From contig JBEHXA010000001.1 in NCBI GenBank assembly GCA_048498935.1, forward strand, positions 688-64,687: a stretch of DNA of 64,000 nucleotides, written 5' to 3'. This DNA is from Myxococcota bacterium (GTDB taxonomy: Bacteria > Myxococcota_A > Polyangia > Polyangiales > Polyangiaceae). Below are positions 9,017 through 19,646 of this stretch, piece after piece (position 1 is the first letter of the stretch; every line of letters begins with the position of its first letter). The translations under genes and the position numbers were made by a program. The notes beneath the pieces are model-generated. The model had not been told where the DNA came from and did no database searches. It saw only the letters and a program-made list of their open reading frames with translations.

Positions 9017-9619
9017 ATGGTTCAACCTGTCGGTAAAATGGCGCCGGGCGGTCGACCGGACGCGCACTGCGTGGCTGCTATAAATGTTAATAAAATCAAG
9101 AGCTTTAGCGCGGAGCTGCGGGCGCTGTTGGCCGCTCCGTTGGCCACCAAGCAGGGCGGGCTCGAGGTCCCCAGCGAGGCGTTTCGGCGCCCTCCAGCAG
9201 GGCGCGAAATCGGCCTGATGGAGGGCGATTCGCCGGGGCTTGCCCCCGTCGAGCCCCCGAGCGTGGGCCCACGCTGGGAAGCGGCGGAGTGGCTCAGCTG
9301 CTTCACCTCTGGGGGTGTTGAAGCGCCTACGGTGGCTCCGGCGCCCCCAGCTGCGCGGGGAGCTGAAGCGGAGGTTGGGCAGCTGCTAGAACGCTGGGTG
9401 CGGCGCGTGGGGCTAGGTGGTGATCAGCGTCGCGGGGTGGCGCGACTGGCCATCGGGGCAGGGCAACTGGCGGGGGCCGAGCTGGTCGTGGTGGCTGAGG
9501 GCTCTGCGGTCTCGGTAGAGCTTCAGCTGCCGAGCGATGTCCAGGGCTCGGGGCTCGAGCAGCGCCTGCGCAGCAGGCTCGAGCGCAAAGGGCTGCGGGC
9601 CGACGTGACCGTGCGGTGA
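9017..9619 (+). CDS. Hypothetical protein with FliK/YscP-like (T3S4) C-terminal domain
   Basis: ATG 9017 follows GAAAGG. Low-complexity N-terminus, then ARLAIGAGQLAGAELVVVAEGSAVSVEL...LEQRLRSRLERKGL, which resembles hook/needle length-control domains. Confidence 0.45.
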   Translation: MVQPVGKMAPGGRPDAHCVAAINVNKIKSFSAELRALLAAPLATKQGGLEVPSEAFRRPPAGREIGLMEGDSPGLAPVEPPSVGPRWEAAEWLSCFTSGGVEAPTVAPAPPAARGAEAEVGQLLERWVRRVGLGGDQRRGVARLAIGAGQLAGAELVVVAEGSAVSVELQLPSDVQGSGLEQRLRSRLERKGLRADVTVR

Positions 9620-9626
9620 GAGCGCT

Positions 9627-10511
9627 TCAGGCCGGCTCGAGCTGAAAGCCGCGCAGCACCTTGAGCTCGCCGCCGCGGGTCCCGATTGCGACGAGCTCAC
9701 CGGTCGGGGAGAGCCACGCCCCGGGACCGTCGCCGGGTGGTAGCTCCGTGAACTCGTTCGGGTCGAGTCGCTTGCCCTGGCGGGCTCGCAGCACCGCGCT
9801 TTCTGCCAGCACGCAGCGCGGCATCGCCGAGCAAGCCGCCTCGCTCAAGCCGAGCAAGGCGGGTGGGGTCGAGGTAGGCCAGGGGCTCGCCCGATCCAAG
9901 CCGAACGGGCCGCTCGAGAGGCGCCGCAGCGCCGAGAGATGGGCCACGGTGCCCAGGCGCTCGCCGAGGTCGCGCGCGAGCGAGCGCACGTAATAGCCCT
10001 TCGACACCCAAAGCTCGCAGCGCAGCCGGGGCGGTTCGAGCTCGGTGGCCATCAGCTCGAGCACTTCGACCGTTCGAGGCGCAAGCTCTGGAGCTTCACC
10101 GCGTCGCGCTAGGGCGTACGCGCGCTGCCCGTCGACCTTGATGGCGCTCACCGCGGGCGGTGTCTGCTCACGCCGCCCGCGCTCTTGCTCGAGCGCTGCC
10201 TCGACGGCCTCGATGGTCAGGGCGCCCGGAGCGAGCTCGCGCTCTTCAGTGGTTTGGCCGTCGGCATCCAAGCTGTCGGTGGCGCGACCGAAGTAGATCT
10301 CGGCGGCGTAGCGCTTGGATTCGGCGGTCAAGTAGCCCGAGAGCTTGGTGGCTTGCCCCACCAGCACGAGCAACACGCCCGTGGCCATCGGATCGAGCGT
10401 GCCGGCGTGCCCCACGTCTTTGCGACCGAACAAGCGACGCGCCTGCGCGACCACCGTGTGGCTGGTGAGCCCGCGCGGCTTGTCGATCACGGCGACTCCG
10501 GAAAGGAGCAT
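9627..10511 (-). CDS. truB: tRNA pseudouridine(55) synthase
   Basis: IDKPRGLTSH, GHAGTLDPMATGVL, Q.PPAVSAIKVDGQRAY.LAR, VSKGYYVRSLARDLG. Confidence 0.95.
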   Translation of the reverse strand: MLLSGVAVIDKPRGLTSHTVVAQARRLFGRKDVGHAGTLDPMATGVLLVLVGQATKLSGYLTAESKRYAAEIYFGRATDSLDADGQTTEERELAPGALTIEAVEAALEQERGRREQTPPAVSAIKVDGQRAYALARRGEAPELAPRTVEVLELMATELEPPRLRCELWVSKGYYVRSLARDLGERLGTVAHLSALRRLSSGPFGLDRASPWPTSTPPALLGLSEAACSAMPRCVLAESAVLRARQGKRLDPNEFTELPPGDGPGAWLSPTGELVAIGTRGGELKVLRGFQLEPA

Positions 10512-10516
10512 CGCGC

Positions 10517-11962
10517 TCAGAACCAGACGCTGCGGCGCTTGCTCAGCCCATTCTCGAGCATGCTCTGAATGGTGCTGCGCACGCGCTCCGACAGCCGTCC
10601 GACGAGCACGTCGTCGTCGGCGGCTTCGGGCCCGTAGTTGTCGAACGGAATCGGCTCGCCGAACTTGATGCGCCACTTGGTCGGCGCCGGCAACAAGCCG
10701 AGCGCGCCCAGCGCCGGGAACGTCGGCGTGACCGGCAGGTACGGGATCCGCAGCAAATCAGCTAGAGTATCGAAGCGATAGAGGAGCGGGCTCGACTCTT
10801 CCCCGCCGATGATCGAGCAGGGGATGAGCGGCGCGCGCGTGCGCAAGCAGAGCCGAATGTAGCCGCCGCGCCCGAAGCGCTGCAGGCGGTAACGGTCGCG
10901 GAACAGCTTGCGGATGCCCTGCACGCCTTCCGGAAACACCGCGATGAGACCGTCGCGGCTGAGCAAGCGCTCCGCGTTCTCTTGGCAGGCGCGGACCGCA
11001 CCGGCGCGGTTCATCGCCACGCCCGCGAACGGCAGGTAGAACAGGAAATCTTCCGCGAGCCAGCGCAGGTCGCGCGCCTGCGGGTGATCGAGCCTGAGCG
11101 CCGTGCGCAGCATCAGCCCGTCGATCGGGATGGAGCCGGAGTGATTGCCCACGATCACCGCGCGCCCCTCGGCCGGCACGTTGTTCAGACCCTCGGTTTG
11201 GATGCGGAAGTAGCGCCGGTACACGAAGTCGAGCACCGGGCGCAGGCGCGCCTCGAAGCTGCGATCCAGCCCGAATTCGTCGACCTCTTCCGCGCGGCTG
11301 CGGAGCCCTTTTCGGCCCCATTTCTGCACGTAATACTGGCTCTCGGCCAGCTCGGCCGTGCTCTCGACCGCGATCACCTCGGCACTCTGCTCGCCGGGCT
11401 CGAAGTCCAGCGCGGCGTCGCCGTCGCTCGGCAGCGGCGTGAGCGGCCCCGGCGACGCGAAAGGCGAGCTGTCGCGCACTGCGCCTTGAATCAAGCCGTC
11501 GAGTCGCGCTTCGAGCGCGCGGATCTGATCCTCGACATCGCCGGCCTCGGCGGGCGCGGGGCGATAGCTGTCGAGCGAGGAGCGCTCCTCGAAGCGCACG
11601 TGGGGCGCTACGACGCGCGAGCCGATGCCCAGCTCGGGCGCGTCGGCCGAGAGCGCGTCGAGATCATCGCCGTCCGCGGTGAGATCGTACGCGTCGTCGA
11701 GGCCGACGTGAGGCAAGCCTCCGAGATCGAGCGGTGGCACCGTGGGTTCGACCACCGGAACCGGCTCGGGGCGCTGCGGCGACTTGCGCTTTTTCGCGTC
11801 GCTCTTCCGGCGGCGGGGGCTGGGGGGCTCGCTCACGGCCGAGCGGCGCGTGTCGATCGCCACGCCGCGCTTGGGCTTACCCTTGCGCTTCTTTTCCTCG
11901 CCCTTGCCCTTGGTTTCGAGCGCGCGCGCGGTCGCCTTGTCTTTCTTGTCCTTGCGGGTCAC
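10517..11962 (-). CDS. Lysophospholipid/glycerol acyltransferase (PlsC family) with long basic, disordered N-terminus
   Basis: GNHSGSIPIDG (HxxxxD), VFPEGVQG, FGRGG and IPCSIIG motifs. Confidence 0.85.
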   Translation of the reverse strand: MTRKDKKDKATARALETKGKGEEKKRKGKPKRGVAIDTRRSAVSEPPSPRRRKSDAKKRKSPQRPEPVPVVEPTVPPLDLGGLPHVGLDDAYDLTADGDDLDALSADAPELGIGSRVVAPHVRFEERSSLDSYRPAPAEAGDVEDQIRALEARLDGLIQGAVRDSSPFASPGPLTPLPSDGDAALDFEPGEQSAEVIAVESTAELAESQYYVQKWGRKGLRSRAEEVDEFGLDRSFEARLRPVLDFVYRRYFRIQTEGLNNVPAEGRAVIVGNHSGSIPIDGLMLRTALRLDHPQARDLRWLAEDFLFYLPFAGVAMNRAGAVRACQENAERLLSRDGLIAVFPEGVQGIRKLFRDRYRLQRFGRGGYIRLCLRTRAPLIPCSIIGGEESSPLLYRFDTLADLLRIPYLPVTPTFPALGALGLLPAPTKWRIKFGEPIPFDNYGPEAADDDVLVGRLSERVRSTIQSMLENGLSKRRSVWF

Positions 11963-13014
11963 GCCGGAGTCTCCGAGAGCAGCTTGGCCTCACGCAGTTG
12001 TTCCGCGCTCGCGAAGTCGCTCAGGGCTTCGCGGCTGGAGAATACCGGAACGAAGCCCAGGCGGCTCTTCGCGAGAGCGCCGTCGGCCACGCAGGCATAC
12101 TGAAGGTAGTCGAGCAGTGACGGGGGAGCGGCGCCGACTCGGGTGAGCCACAGGGCGCCGAGCGTCGGACGCAGCAGGGGGCGGGGCAACGGCAAACGCG
12201 CGCGCCCCAGCGCCCGGATCGCCATGCTGAGCGGCAGCACGCCTTCACTCACGAGGTTGAAGACGCCGGGGGCGTCGCGGTCGACCGCGAGCTTCAGCGC
12301 CGCGACGGCGTCAGCCTCGTGAAGGAATTGCCACAACGGGTCGAAACCGAGCACCGTCGGCACGCGCGCCAGGCGCAGGTACCGGGTGACGAAGTTCTCC
12401 ACGCTGGGCCCGATGATCGGCGCGGTGCGCAGCACCGTCACGACGCGGCCCTGGCCTGGCTGACGGAAGCGCAGCAGCTGCTCCTCGATCGCCAATTTGT
12501 CTTGGAAAAACGGGTCCGCGCCGTGAGCGCGCAGGACGTGCTTTTCAGAGAGGAAGGCCGGGTTCGTGGCGCGAGCGCCGTACAGCCAGGTAAAGCTCCG
12601 GACGATGAGCTTGTGGGTGCGAGCACGTCGACAGGCGTTGAGCACCTGCATCGTGCCCACGCCTTCGAGCTCGTGGTTGTGAGCCGTTTCACGGGACGGC
12701 GACTCGAGCAGCGACAGGTGGACGACGGTGTCGACCTTCTCGGCTACTAGTACTTCGGTCAGGCGCTCTTCAGCGACTGGTTGCACCAGATCCAGCTCGT
12801 AAAAGCGCGACTTCTGACCCACCGTGGAGGGAGAGGTCGTGTCCAAACAGACGATCTTGGCGACGTGCGGATCGTCTTCGAGTAGCCCGATCAGGTTGAC
12901 GCCCAGGAAGGTTGCAGCGCCCGTGACGGCGACAACGCGGCGTTTACCAGTGATCCGAATACCCTCCGCGTTGGCTCGGCGGATCGAGTGGGGTGATGTG
13001 CGCTCCTCGCTCAC
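11959..13014 (-). CDS. NAD-dependent epimerase/dehydratase (extended SDR)
   Basis: VAVTGAATFLG Rossmann motif, LRTAPIIG, DPLWQFLHEADA. Overlaps the acyltransferase start; start chosen at GTG 13014. Confidence 0.85.
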   Translation of the reverse strand: MSEERTSPHSIRRANAEGIRITGKRRVVAVTGAATFLGVNLIGLLEDDPHVAKIVCLDTTSPSTVGQKSRFYELDLVQPVAEERLTEVLVAEKVDTVVHLSLLESPSRETAHNHELEGVGTMQVLNACRRARTHKLIVRSFTWLYGARATNPAFLSEKHVLRAHGADPFFQDKLAIEEQLLRFRQPGQGRVVTVLRTAPIIGPSVENFVTRYLRLARVPTVLGFDPLWQFLHEADAVAALKLAVDRDAPGVFNLVSEGVLPLSMAIRALGRARLPLPRPLLRPTLGALWLTRVGAAPPSLLDYLQYACVADGALAKSRLGFVPVFSSREALSDFASAEQLREAKLLSETPA

Positions 13015-13100
13015 TCTGAAACCGTAGTCCAAAGCGCACCGTAAATGCTCTTGAATTTTATGAGTTCGCGGCGTGAGACGCGCTAATCTGTGAGGCACCG

Positions 13101-14801
13101 ATGCAAGGCAAGCCACGCCCAGCGCGCACGCTGCTCGGCCCGTATGAGCTGGGCGAGCGTTTGGGCCTAGGCGGTATGGCAGAGGTGTTCGTGGCTTATC
13201 GCGCGGGCCCCCACGGCTTCGCCAAAAAAGTCGCGCTGAAGCGCATCTTGCCCGAGCTGGCCCAAGACGCGCGCTTCGTGGCCATGTTTTGCGACGAGGC
13301 GCGCATCTCGGCGCCGCTCTGCCACCCCAACATCGTGCAGGTGATCGACTTCGGCGAAAGCCAGGGCGAGCTCTTCATGGCGATGGAGTACGTGGAGGGG
13401 GTGTCGCTAGCCAAGCTGCTGCGCTACGTAGCAGGGCGGCGCGAGCGCTTTCCGCTCGGGGCGGCGCTGTTCATCGCGCACGAGGTTCTGTCCGGTCTCG
13501 CGTTCGCGCACGCCGCGTGCGACGAAAACGGCAACCCGCTCTCGATCGTGCACCGCGACGTGTCGCCGGGCAACGTGCTGATCGGCCGCGCGGGCGACGT
13601 GAAGCTCGCCGACTTCGGCATCGTGCGCAGCGCGTACGTGGACAGGCGCACGTACCCGGGCGAGCTCAAGGGCAAGGTCGGGTACATGTCACCCGAGCAG
13701 GTGATGGGCGTAGAGGTCGATCCGCGCAGCGACCTGTTCACGGTTGGCATCATCCTGTCGGAAATGCTGATCGCGCGGCCGCTCTTTTCGGGGCAAAACG
13801 AGTTCGACATCCTGACCAAGATCTACGAGGCCGATCTGTCGGCGCTCGATCGCTACGGGGCTGATTTGCCGACCGCCATGGTCGATGTGCTGCGGCAGGC
13901 CCTGGCCAAAGCGCCGGCCGATCGCTTCGACAGCGCGCGTGAATTCGCGGCCGCGTTGCGGCGCATCGCTCACGCTTCGCAAATTGCCCTCGATGATTCG
14001 GAGCTCGTGCCGTGGCTGTCGGCGCTCGGGGTGCTGCCCTCGCGCAGCGGCACGCACGAGGTGACGCGGATGCCGGCCAAGCTCGAGCCGTCTCCCGCGA
14101 TCCCTCCGCCGCCGCGCCTTTCAGTGGCCGCGCCCGCGCCCAGCTTGGCGCCGCCTCCGGTCATGAGGCCCACTTCGGCGGCGCCGCCGGCCGGGCTCAC
14201 CACCATACCGGCCGCGCCCATGCCGGGCCTGCCGTTTCGACGCGCGTTGGTTCGGCCAGAATTGCCCGCACTGGCATTCGCGATCGCGCTCAACGGTGAA
14301 ACGGGCGAGCTGCAGGTGGCCGGTACGCACGGCGAGCTGCGCCTCGCGTTCGACGGCGGCAAGCTCGTCGCGCCGCACGGCTCAGCCGCGGAAACGCTGC
14401 TGCGCAACTTGTTCGCTTTCGTCGACGGCAGCCTGACCTTCACGAACATGCGCACCGAGCACCCGGTGCACATGCAGCGGCTGTCCATCTTGCCCGTCGT
14501 CAGTCGCATCGTGCGCGAGCGCTTCACCATGAACGAAGTGGCCGCGTGGCTCGCGCCGATCCGGCGCTTGCCGCTCCATCGCGGCTCGGCCCTGCGCCGC
14601 GATCCAGCCGAATTTGGCCTCACGCTGGGTGAACGGCGCGCCATCGAGCAAGCGCCGCACAAGCGTTCGCTCGATGATTTGGGCGCCACGCTCGCGGCTG
14701 CCGGCATGGCCGAGCCGGGGGAAGTACTGCGCGGCGTCTTCTTGGGCCTGAGCCTGGGTTTGCTCAACGCACCCGGCTGGGCGTGGACGCAGGGCTCGTA
14801 A
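13101..14801 (+). CDS. Hanks-type Ser/Thr protein kinase with Pro-rich linker and C-terminal domain
   Basis: LGLGGMAEV, VALKRI, HRDVSPGNVL, KLADFG, GKVGYMSPE, SDLF. Confidence 0.93.
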   Translation: MQGKPRPARTLLGPYELGERLGLGGMAEVFVAYRAGPHGFAKKVALKRILPELAQDARFVAMFCDEARISAPLCHPNIVQVIDFGESQGELFMAMEYVEGVSLAKLLRYVAGRRERFPLGAALFIAHEVLSGLAFAHAACDENGNPLSIVHRDVSPGNVLIGRAGDVKLADFGIVRSAYVDRRTYPGELKGKVGYMSPEQVMGVEVDPRSDLFTVGIILSEMLIARPLFSGQNEFDILTKIYEADLSALDRYGADLPTAMVDVLRQALAKAPADRFDSAREFAAALRRIAHASQIALDDSELVPWLSALGVLPSRSGTHEVTRMPAKLEPSPAIPPPPRLSVAAPAPSLAPPPVMRPTSAAPPAGLTTIPAAPMPGLPFRRALVRPELPALAFAIALNGETGELQVAGTHGELRLAFDGGKLVAPHGSAAETLLRNLFAFVDGSLTFTNMRTEHPVHMQRLSILPVVSRIVRERFTMNEVAAWLAPIRRLPLHRGSALRRDPAEFGLTLGERRAIEQAPHKRSLDDLGATLAAAGMAEPGEVLRGVFLGLSLGLLNAPGWAWTQGS

Positions 14802-14805
14802 GCTC

Positions 14806-16620
14806 TCAGCGCGCAGTTGGCGTGCGGTTCGAAGACGAGGGTGGCGCCTGCTGCTGGAGCGTCTTCACCGTATTGGGCGGGCTCGACTCCAGGTGCGTGT
14901 CCACCAGCAGCTCGAGCAAGGTCTTCAGCTCGACGGGCTTGAAAAGCGTGTTGCAGCCCGCCGAGCGCAAGTAATCAGCTTCGTCTTTACCGAGCGCGCC
15001 GCCGGTCACGAACACGAAGCGCCTCGCTACGTCGGGCCGCAGCTTGGCGACGCGCGAGTGCAGTAAGTTGCCGTTGGCACCCGGCAAAAAGACGTCGCAA
15101 ATCACCAAATCGGGGGTGTAGCTCGGGTCGAGCAGCAGCGCCTGCGCTTCGGACGCGGCCGCGCAGGTCTTCACGTCGTGCGGCTTGAGCGAGCGACGCA
15201 CGGTGCGTGAAAATACCGGGTCGTCGTCGACCACCAGCACTTGCTTGCGCCGCGTCGGGGCGGGAGCAGGGCGCAAGCCTGCCGGCACCGGCAGCGCCAG
15301 CACGCCGCTGTCCTGGTGCGCGCGTGGTAAGAGCACTCGAAATGACGCGCCGCCACCGGCGCGCGCGTGCACCTCGATGTGCCCGCCGTGAGCGCTCACG
15401 ACGTCGCTGCAGATTTTGAGTCCCAGCCCGGTGCCCGAGCCGCGCTCTTTAGTGGTGTAAAACGGCTTGAAAATGTGCGGAATCGCCTGCGGTGGCACAC
15501 CGGGCCCGTTGTCTTCGACAATCAGCACGGCATGCTCTCCGGCTTCGAGCACGCGCACCCAAACTTCGGGCTGCGTCGCGTTCTGGCACGCGTCCATCGC
15601 GTTGAGCGCCAGGTTGAGCACCACTTGCGCCAGGTTGTCGCGCCGACCGATGGTGTAGCAGCCGACGTCGTAGCTCTTGCTCAGCGTGATGCCGCGTCGC
15701 TCGAAGTGCGGCCTGGCGACGCTCAGCGACTCTTCCACCACTTCGGTCAAGTCGACGTGCTCGGGCGCGACCTCGCGCCGGCTCACCATGCTGAGCTGCT
15801 CGACCGTGTCGCGGATGCGCGAGACGGCGGTACCGATGTCGCTCGACAGCTCGACGAGCTCCGTCACGGCTTCGCCGATCGCGCTGTCGGTGCCGCCGTC
15901 CAGCAAATCGAGCTGCTCGACCAGGCGCTTCAACTCTTCTTGCTGCAAAACGAGCGCGCCGGCGGGCCCGCGCAGCTCGTGCGCGACCGTGGCCGTGAGC
16001 AGGCCCAGGCTGACCATGTGCGCCGCTTCTTCTTGCTGCTCGAGCGACAGCTTGGCTTCGACGCGCCGCTCGCGCTGGGCGCGTAGGGCCGCCAGGCTGG
16101 CGATGCTGCTCGCGAACGTGATCGCGTCGGCGTCGACCCCCTGCGGATCCGGAAACAACAGCACCAGCGCGCCGATCGGCGCGCGCCCGTCGAGCACCGG
16201 CAGCGCGAGCACGCAGCTCGAGCCGATCGCCAGAAACTCACCTGCGTCGTCCACGCCGTCGCGGTCCACACGCAGGTCAGCGGACTTGGCGGGCTTGCGC
16301 GTTGCCAGCGCGCGCTCCGCGAAAGCCCCGGCCCCGCGCAGTAGCGCGGCGAGCGGGCGCCGAATCGAATCCAGCCCGCGATCGGCCACCAACTCCAGGC
16401 GGCTGTCGCTCACGAACGCGATACCGCTACGGGCCGACGTGCCGCTCAGCAGCGCATCCAGGCAATCGCCGAAAAAGCCGCCCACCTGATCGCCAGCCAA
16501 GCGCTGGGCGAGATCGTGAAGGAGCTGGGGGCGGAGGGAGCGGACCGACGTCGTCACTGAGGAGCTCGAGGCGTGCGCGGCGCGCACAGAAGACAGCCTC
16601 GCCAACATATCGCGCGGCAT
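14806..16620 (-). CDS. Hybrid sensor histidine kinase (GAF-HisKA-HATPase-REC)
   Basis: VAHELRGP H-box, NLALNAMDA, DNGPGV, FKPFYTTK, GTGLGL; receiver VLVVDDD...CDVFLP...FKP. Confidence 0.92.
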   Translation of the reverse strand: MPRDMLARLSSVRAAHASSSSVTTSVRSLRPQLLHDLAQRLAGDQVGGFFGDCLDALLSGTSARSGIAFVSDSRLELVADRGLDSIRRPLAALLRGAGAFAERALATRKPAKSADLRVDRDGVDDAGEFLAIGSSCVLALPVLDGRAPIGALVLLFPDPQGVDADAITFASSIASLAALRAQRERRVEAKLSLEQQEEAAHMVSLGLLTATVAHELRGPAGALVLQQEELKRLVEQLDLLDGGTDSAIGEAVTELVELSSDIGTAVSRIRDTVEQLSMVSRREVAPEHVDLTEVVEESLSVARPHFERRGITLSKSYDVGCYTIGRRDNLAQVVLNLALNAMDACQNATQPEVWVRVLEAGEHAVLIVEDNGPGVPPQAIPHIFKPFYTTKERGSGTGLGLKICSDVVSAHGGHIEVHARAGGGASFRVLLPRAHQDSGVLALPVPAGLRPAPAPTRRKQVLVVDDDPVFSRTVRRSLKPHDVKTCAAASEAQALLLDPSYTPDLVICDVFLPGANGNLLHSRVAKLRPDVARRFVFVTGGALGKDEADYLRSAGCNTLFKPVELKTLLELLVDTHLESSPPNTVKTLQQQAPPSSSNRTPTAR

Positions 16621-16656
16621 TCCAAATTGCCAACCCGCGCGGAGATAGGAATCGCT

Positions 16657-17277
16657 TCAGGACAGATGTAGGCGCAGCACCGGGTAGGGGCGAAAGTCGG
16701 ATACGGCGACGAAGCCTTGGTCGAGGAAAAGTGCCTCAGGCCCCTGCCAGACTTCGTCGGGACGCAGCCGGGCTGCGTCTCCCACATTTCCGCGCGGAAA
16801 GGCCTCGATCGCGATGCCGCCGGCTGCCTTCACGATGCTAGGCGCCGCTTCGAGCAGGGCGCGCAGCACGCCGCTGTGCCGGTCGGGCTCGGCCACGTAA
16901 CAGCAGCCGATCCCGTACACTTTGCTGCGATCACCGCCGAGCGCCGGGAGCGCGCGGTACACGCGCTGATCGTACAAGCGGGCCACGCTGCTGGCGGGCG
17001 TGACCTTCAGCCAGCCGCGCGCGGAGCCTGTCGGGCCGAGAGCGACGACTCCGGCGAGGGCAGGGGCAGCAAGGCGCGCGCGGAGGGCGTCGCGGTTCTT
17101 CTCCGGGTGGATGTAGCACTGCTCGAGCCAGGCGTTCTTGTCGCCCTCGAAGTGCCAGTAGTTGCAGAAGCAGCCACTGCCGGCGCCCTCGAAGAGCTCG
17201 AGCAGGGCGTCTGCATGCGCGCTCTCTGCGCGCACGCAGCTGAGCCAAGCTGCGCCTTCGCTCGTGCTCTCGCTCAT
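16657..17277 (-). CDS. GNAT-family acetyltransferase-like protein
   Basis: GCFCNYW, GWLKVTP, IGCCYV...[25 protein letters not shown]. Confidence 0.75.
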   Translation of the reverse strand: MSESTSEGAAWLSCVRAESAHADALLELFEGAGSGCFCNYWHFEGDKNAWLEQCYIHPEKNRDALRARLAAPALAGVVALGPTGSARGWLKVTPASSVARLYDQRVYRALPALGGDRSKVYGIGCCYVAEPDRHSGVLRALLEAAPSIVKAAGGIAIEAFPRGNVGDAARLRPDEVWQGPEALFLDQGFVAVSDFRPYPVLRLHLS

Positions 17278-18797
17278 GACGCGGGCGGCCGACGGATCGA
17301 GCCCATGCGGCGCTCGACCTCGGCAGCCAGCGAGAACAGCCGCTCTTCCGCAAACGCGGGACCGAGCAGCTGCAAGCCCACCGGGAGCTCCGGCTGTCCT
17401 GCGCTCGGCGGCGTGGGCGCGCAGGGCACGCTGAGCCCGGCAATACCGGCCAAGCTGGCCGGCAGCGTGAACACGTCGGCCAGGTACATGGCGAGTGGGT
17501 CATCGACCTTTTCGCCGAACTTGAAGGCGGGGCTCGGGCTGGTCGGCACCGCGATCGCGTCGACGGCCTCGAAGGCTTGGTCGAAGTCGCGCTTGATCAG
17601 CGTGCGCACGCGCTGCGCCTTCTTGTAATAAGCGTCGTAATAGCCGGCGCTCAGCACGTAGGTGCCGAGCAAGATGCGCCGCTTCACTTCCGCGCCGAAA
17701 CCGGCGTTGCGGGTCTTGCCGTAAAGCGCGGTGAGGTCGCTCTTCGGTCCCTCGACGCGGAGGCCGAAGCGCACGCCGTCGAAGCGCGCGAGGTTGCTCG
17801 AGGCCTCCGCGGTCGCGACGATGTAGTAGGTCGCGATGCCGTAGCGCGTGTGCGGCAGGCTCACCGGTTTCACGGTGCAGCCGGCCTTCTCGAGCTCGCC
17901 GATCGCGCTCCGCACGCTCGCGGCGATGGCCGGGTCGAGCCCTTCGCCGAAATACTCCTCCGGCACGCCGATGCGCAGGCCCTTCACGTCGCGGGTGCAC
18001 GCCTGCTCGTACTCACCGACCGGCAGCTCCGCGCTCGTCGAATCGAGCGGATCGCGCCCCGAGATGACCTCCAGCAAGCGCGCCGCGCTCCGCACGTCGC
18101 GCGCGAACGGACCGATCTGGTCGAGGCTCGAGGCGAACGCCACCAGCCCGTAGCGCGACACGCGACCGTAGGTCGGCTTCACGCCGACCACGCCGCACAG
18201 CGCCGCCGGTTGGCGAATCGAGCCACCGGTATCGCTACCCAGCGCGCCCAGCGCGAGCCCGGCCGCCACCGCCGCGGCGCTACCGCCGCTCGAGCCGCCC
18301 GGCGTGCGCGAGCGATCCCACGGATTCTTGGGTGGGCCGAAGGCGCTGTTTTCGCCCGACGAGCCCATCGCGAACTCGTCCATGTTCGCCTTGCCGACCA
18401 AGATCGCGTCGGCAGCGCGCAGGCGCGCGACCACGGTCGCGTCGTACGGCGGGCGGAAGCCATGTTCGGGATCGCTGCCCGTGTTGCCGGCTTCGCCGAC
18501 GCGGGTGAGAATCTTCGACGCGCAGGTGGTCGGCGCATCGGTCGTGCACAGGGCGTCTTTGATGGCGATCGGAACGCCAGCCAACTTGCCGAGCGCTTCA
18601 CCGCGCGCGCGCTTGGCGTCCACAGCGTCGGCGGCTGCCAATGCAGCGTCCTTCGAGACGTGTAGAAATGCGTTCAGCTCGCGGGTTTGCTCGATGCGCG
18701 CGAGTGCCGCTTCGGTAGCGGCGCGCGCCGTGACACTGCCCGCTTTGACGCGATCGGCCAGGTCGGCGATCGAAAGATCCAGAACGTCGCTCATCAT
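17274..18797 (-). CDS. gatA: Asp/Glu-tRNA amidotransferase subunit A
   Basis: [73 protein letters not shown]. Confidence 0.97.
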   Translation of the reverse strand: MMSDVLDLSIADLADRVKAGSVTARAATEAALARIEQTRELNAFLHVSKDAALAAADAVDAKRARGEALGKLAGVPIAIKDALCTTDAPTTCASKILTRVGEAGNTGSDPEHGFRPPYDATVVARLRAADAILVGKANMDEFAMGSSGENSAFGPPKNPWDRSRTPGGSSGGSAAAVAAGLALGALGSDTGGSIRQPAALCGVVGVKPTYGRVSRYGLVAFASSLDQIGPFARDVRSAARLLEVISGRDPLDSTSAELPVGEYEQACTRDVKGLRIGVPEEYFGEGLDPAIAASVRSAIGELEKAGCTVKPVSLPHTRYGIATYYIVATAEASSNLARFDGVRFGLRVEGPKSDLTALYGKTRNAGFGAEVKRRILLGTYVLSAGYYDAYYKKAQRVRTLIKRDFDQAFEAVDAIAVPTSPSPAFKFGEKVDDPLAMYLADVFTLPASLAGIAGLSVPCAPTPPSAGQPELPVGLQLLGPAFAEERLFSLAAEVERRMGSIRRPPAS

Positions 18798-19084
18798 TCG
18801 TCCACGAAGGCAGGGACGGCGAAGCCGTCGGAGTTGGAACGCGGGGCCTGACCGAGCGCGAGGTCGTGCGACAAGCTCGGGACCGGCACGTCACCTCGAA
18901 ACGGCGCTGCCACGACGGCAACCTGCGTGGTCGCGGCGACGTCATTCGTGTCGAGCTCGGAGAGCTGGTTCACGTATTCGAGGATCCCATCGAGATCGCG
19001 CTGCATCTTGTCGATCTCGGCTTCGGAGAGCTCGAGTCGCGCAAGCTTGGCGACGTGGAGCACGTTGTCGCGAGTGATAGCCAT
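18794..19084 (-). CDS. gatC: Asp/Glu-tRNA amidotransferase subunit C
   Basis: [17 protein letters not shown]...[13 protein letters not shown]...FAVPAFV; directly upstream of gatA. Confidence 0.95.
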   Translation of the reverse strand: MAITRDNVLHVAKLARLELSEAEIDKMQRDLDGILEYVNQLSELDTNDVAATTQVAVVAAPFRGDVPVPSLSHDLALGQAPRSNSDGFAVPAFVDE

Positions 19085-19215
19085 CAGGTAGTGCGCAGTG
19101 TTTAGCTCAAGTTTTGGGGGCGGGGCCTCAAAACCTGCTCATGGCCGCGTAGCTTGCGGGTTTTGGCGCGAGAGCGCGCTGGTCGTCGGGGCGGCAAGGG
19201 GCCTATGCTGGGCCG

Positions 19216-19566
19216 ATGCAGCCACCGCCCGGCGGGTACGGGCCACCCAAGCCCATCACGGGTTCGCCCGAGACGATGGCCTTTCACGCGCTGACGATCG
19301 ATCCGAAGACGGGTCTCCCCAAAGGCGAGAAGCCGCCCGCCACGCCCGCCGCGGTGCTCGCCCTCGTCTGCGGCATGCTGCTGTGCCTCGGCCCGCTCAC
19401 CGGGGTCACGGCGATCGTGGCGGGGATCGTGGCGCGCGGGCAGGTGCAGCGTCGGCCCGCGCTCGTCGGCGGCGCCGGGATGGCTGCGATTGGCATCGCG
19501 CTCGGTGTGCTGAATCTCGTGATCTCCACGATCGCGCTCGCCTACTACCTGTCCACAGCCGGCTGA
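19216..19566 (+). CDS. DUF4190-like small membrane protein
   Basis: AVLALVCGMLLCLGPLTGVTAIVAGIVARGQV...GMAAIGIALG. Confidence 0.75.
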   Translation: MQPPPGGYGPPKPITGSPETMAFHALTIDPKTGLPKGEKPPATPAAVLALVCGMLLCLGPLTGVTAIVAGIVARGQVQRRPALVGGAGMAAIGIALGVLNLVISTIALAYYLSTAG

Positions 19567-19646
19567 CAGGCGTTCAGGGCCGCGTACTTCCTCGACTTTC
19601 GAGCGCTCGGCACGCAACCTGGCGCGGAGGTGGCCGACAGGCGCGC

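Noticed and set aside
19098-19646. N-terminal extension of the second kinase ORF
   Set aside because: It overlaps the DUF4190 gene in another frame and has shadow-like composition.
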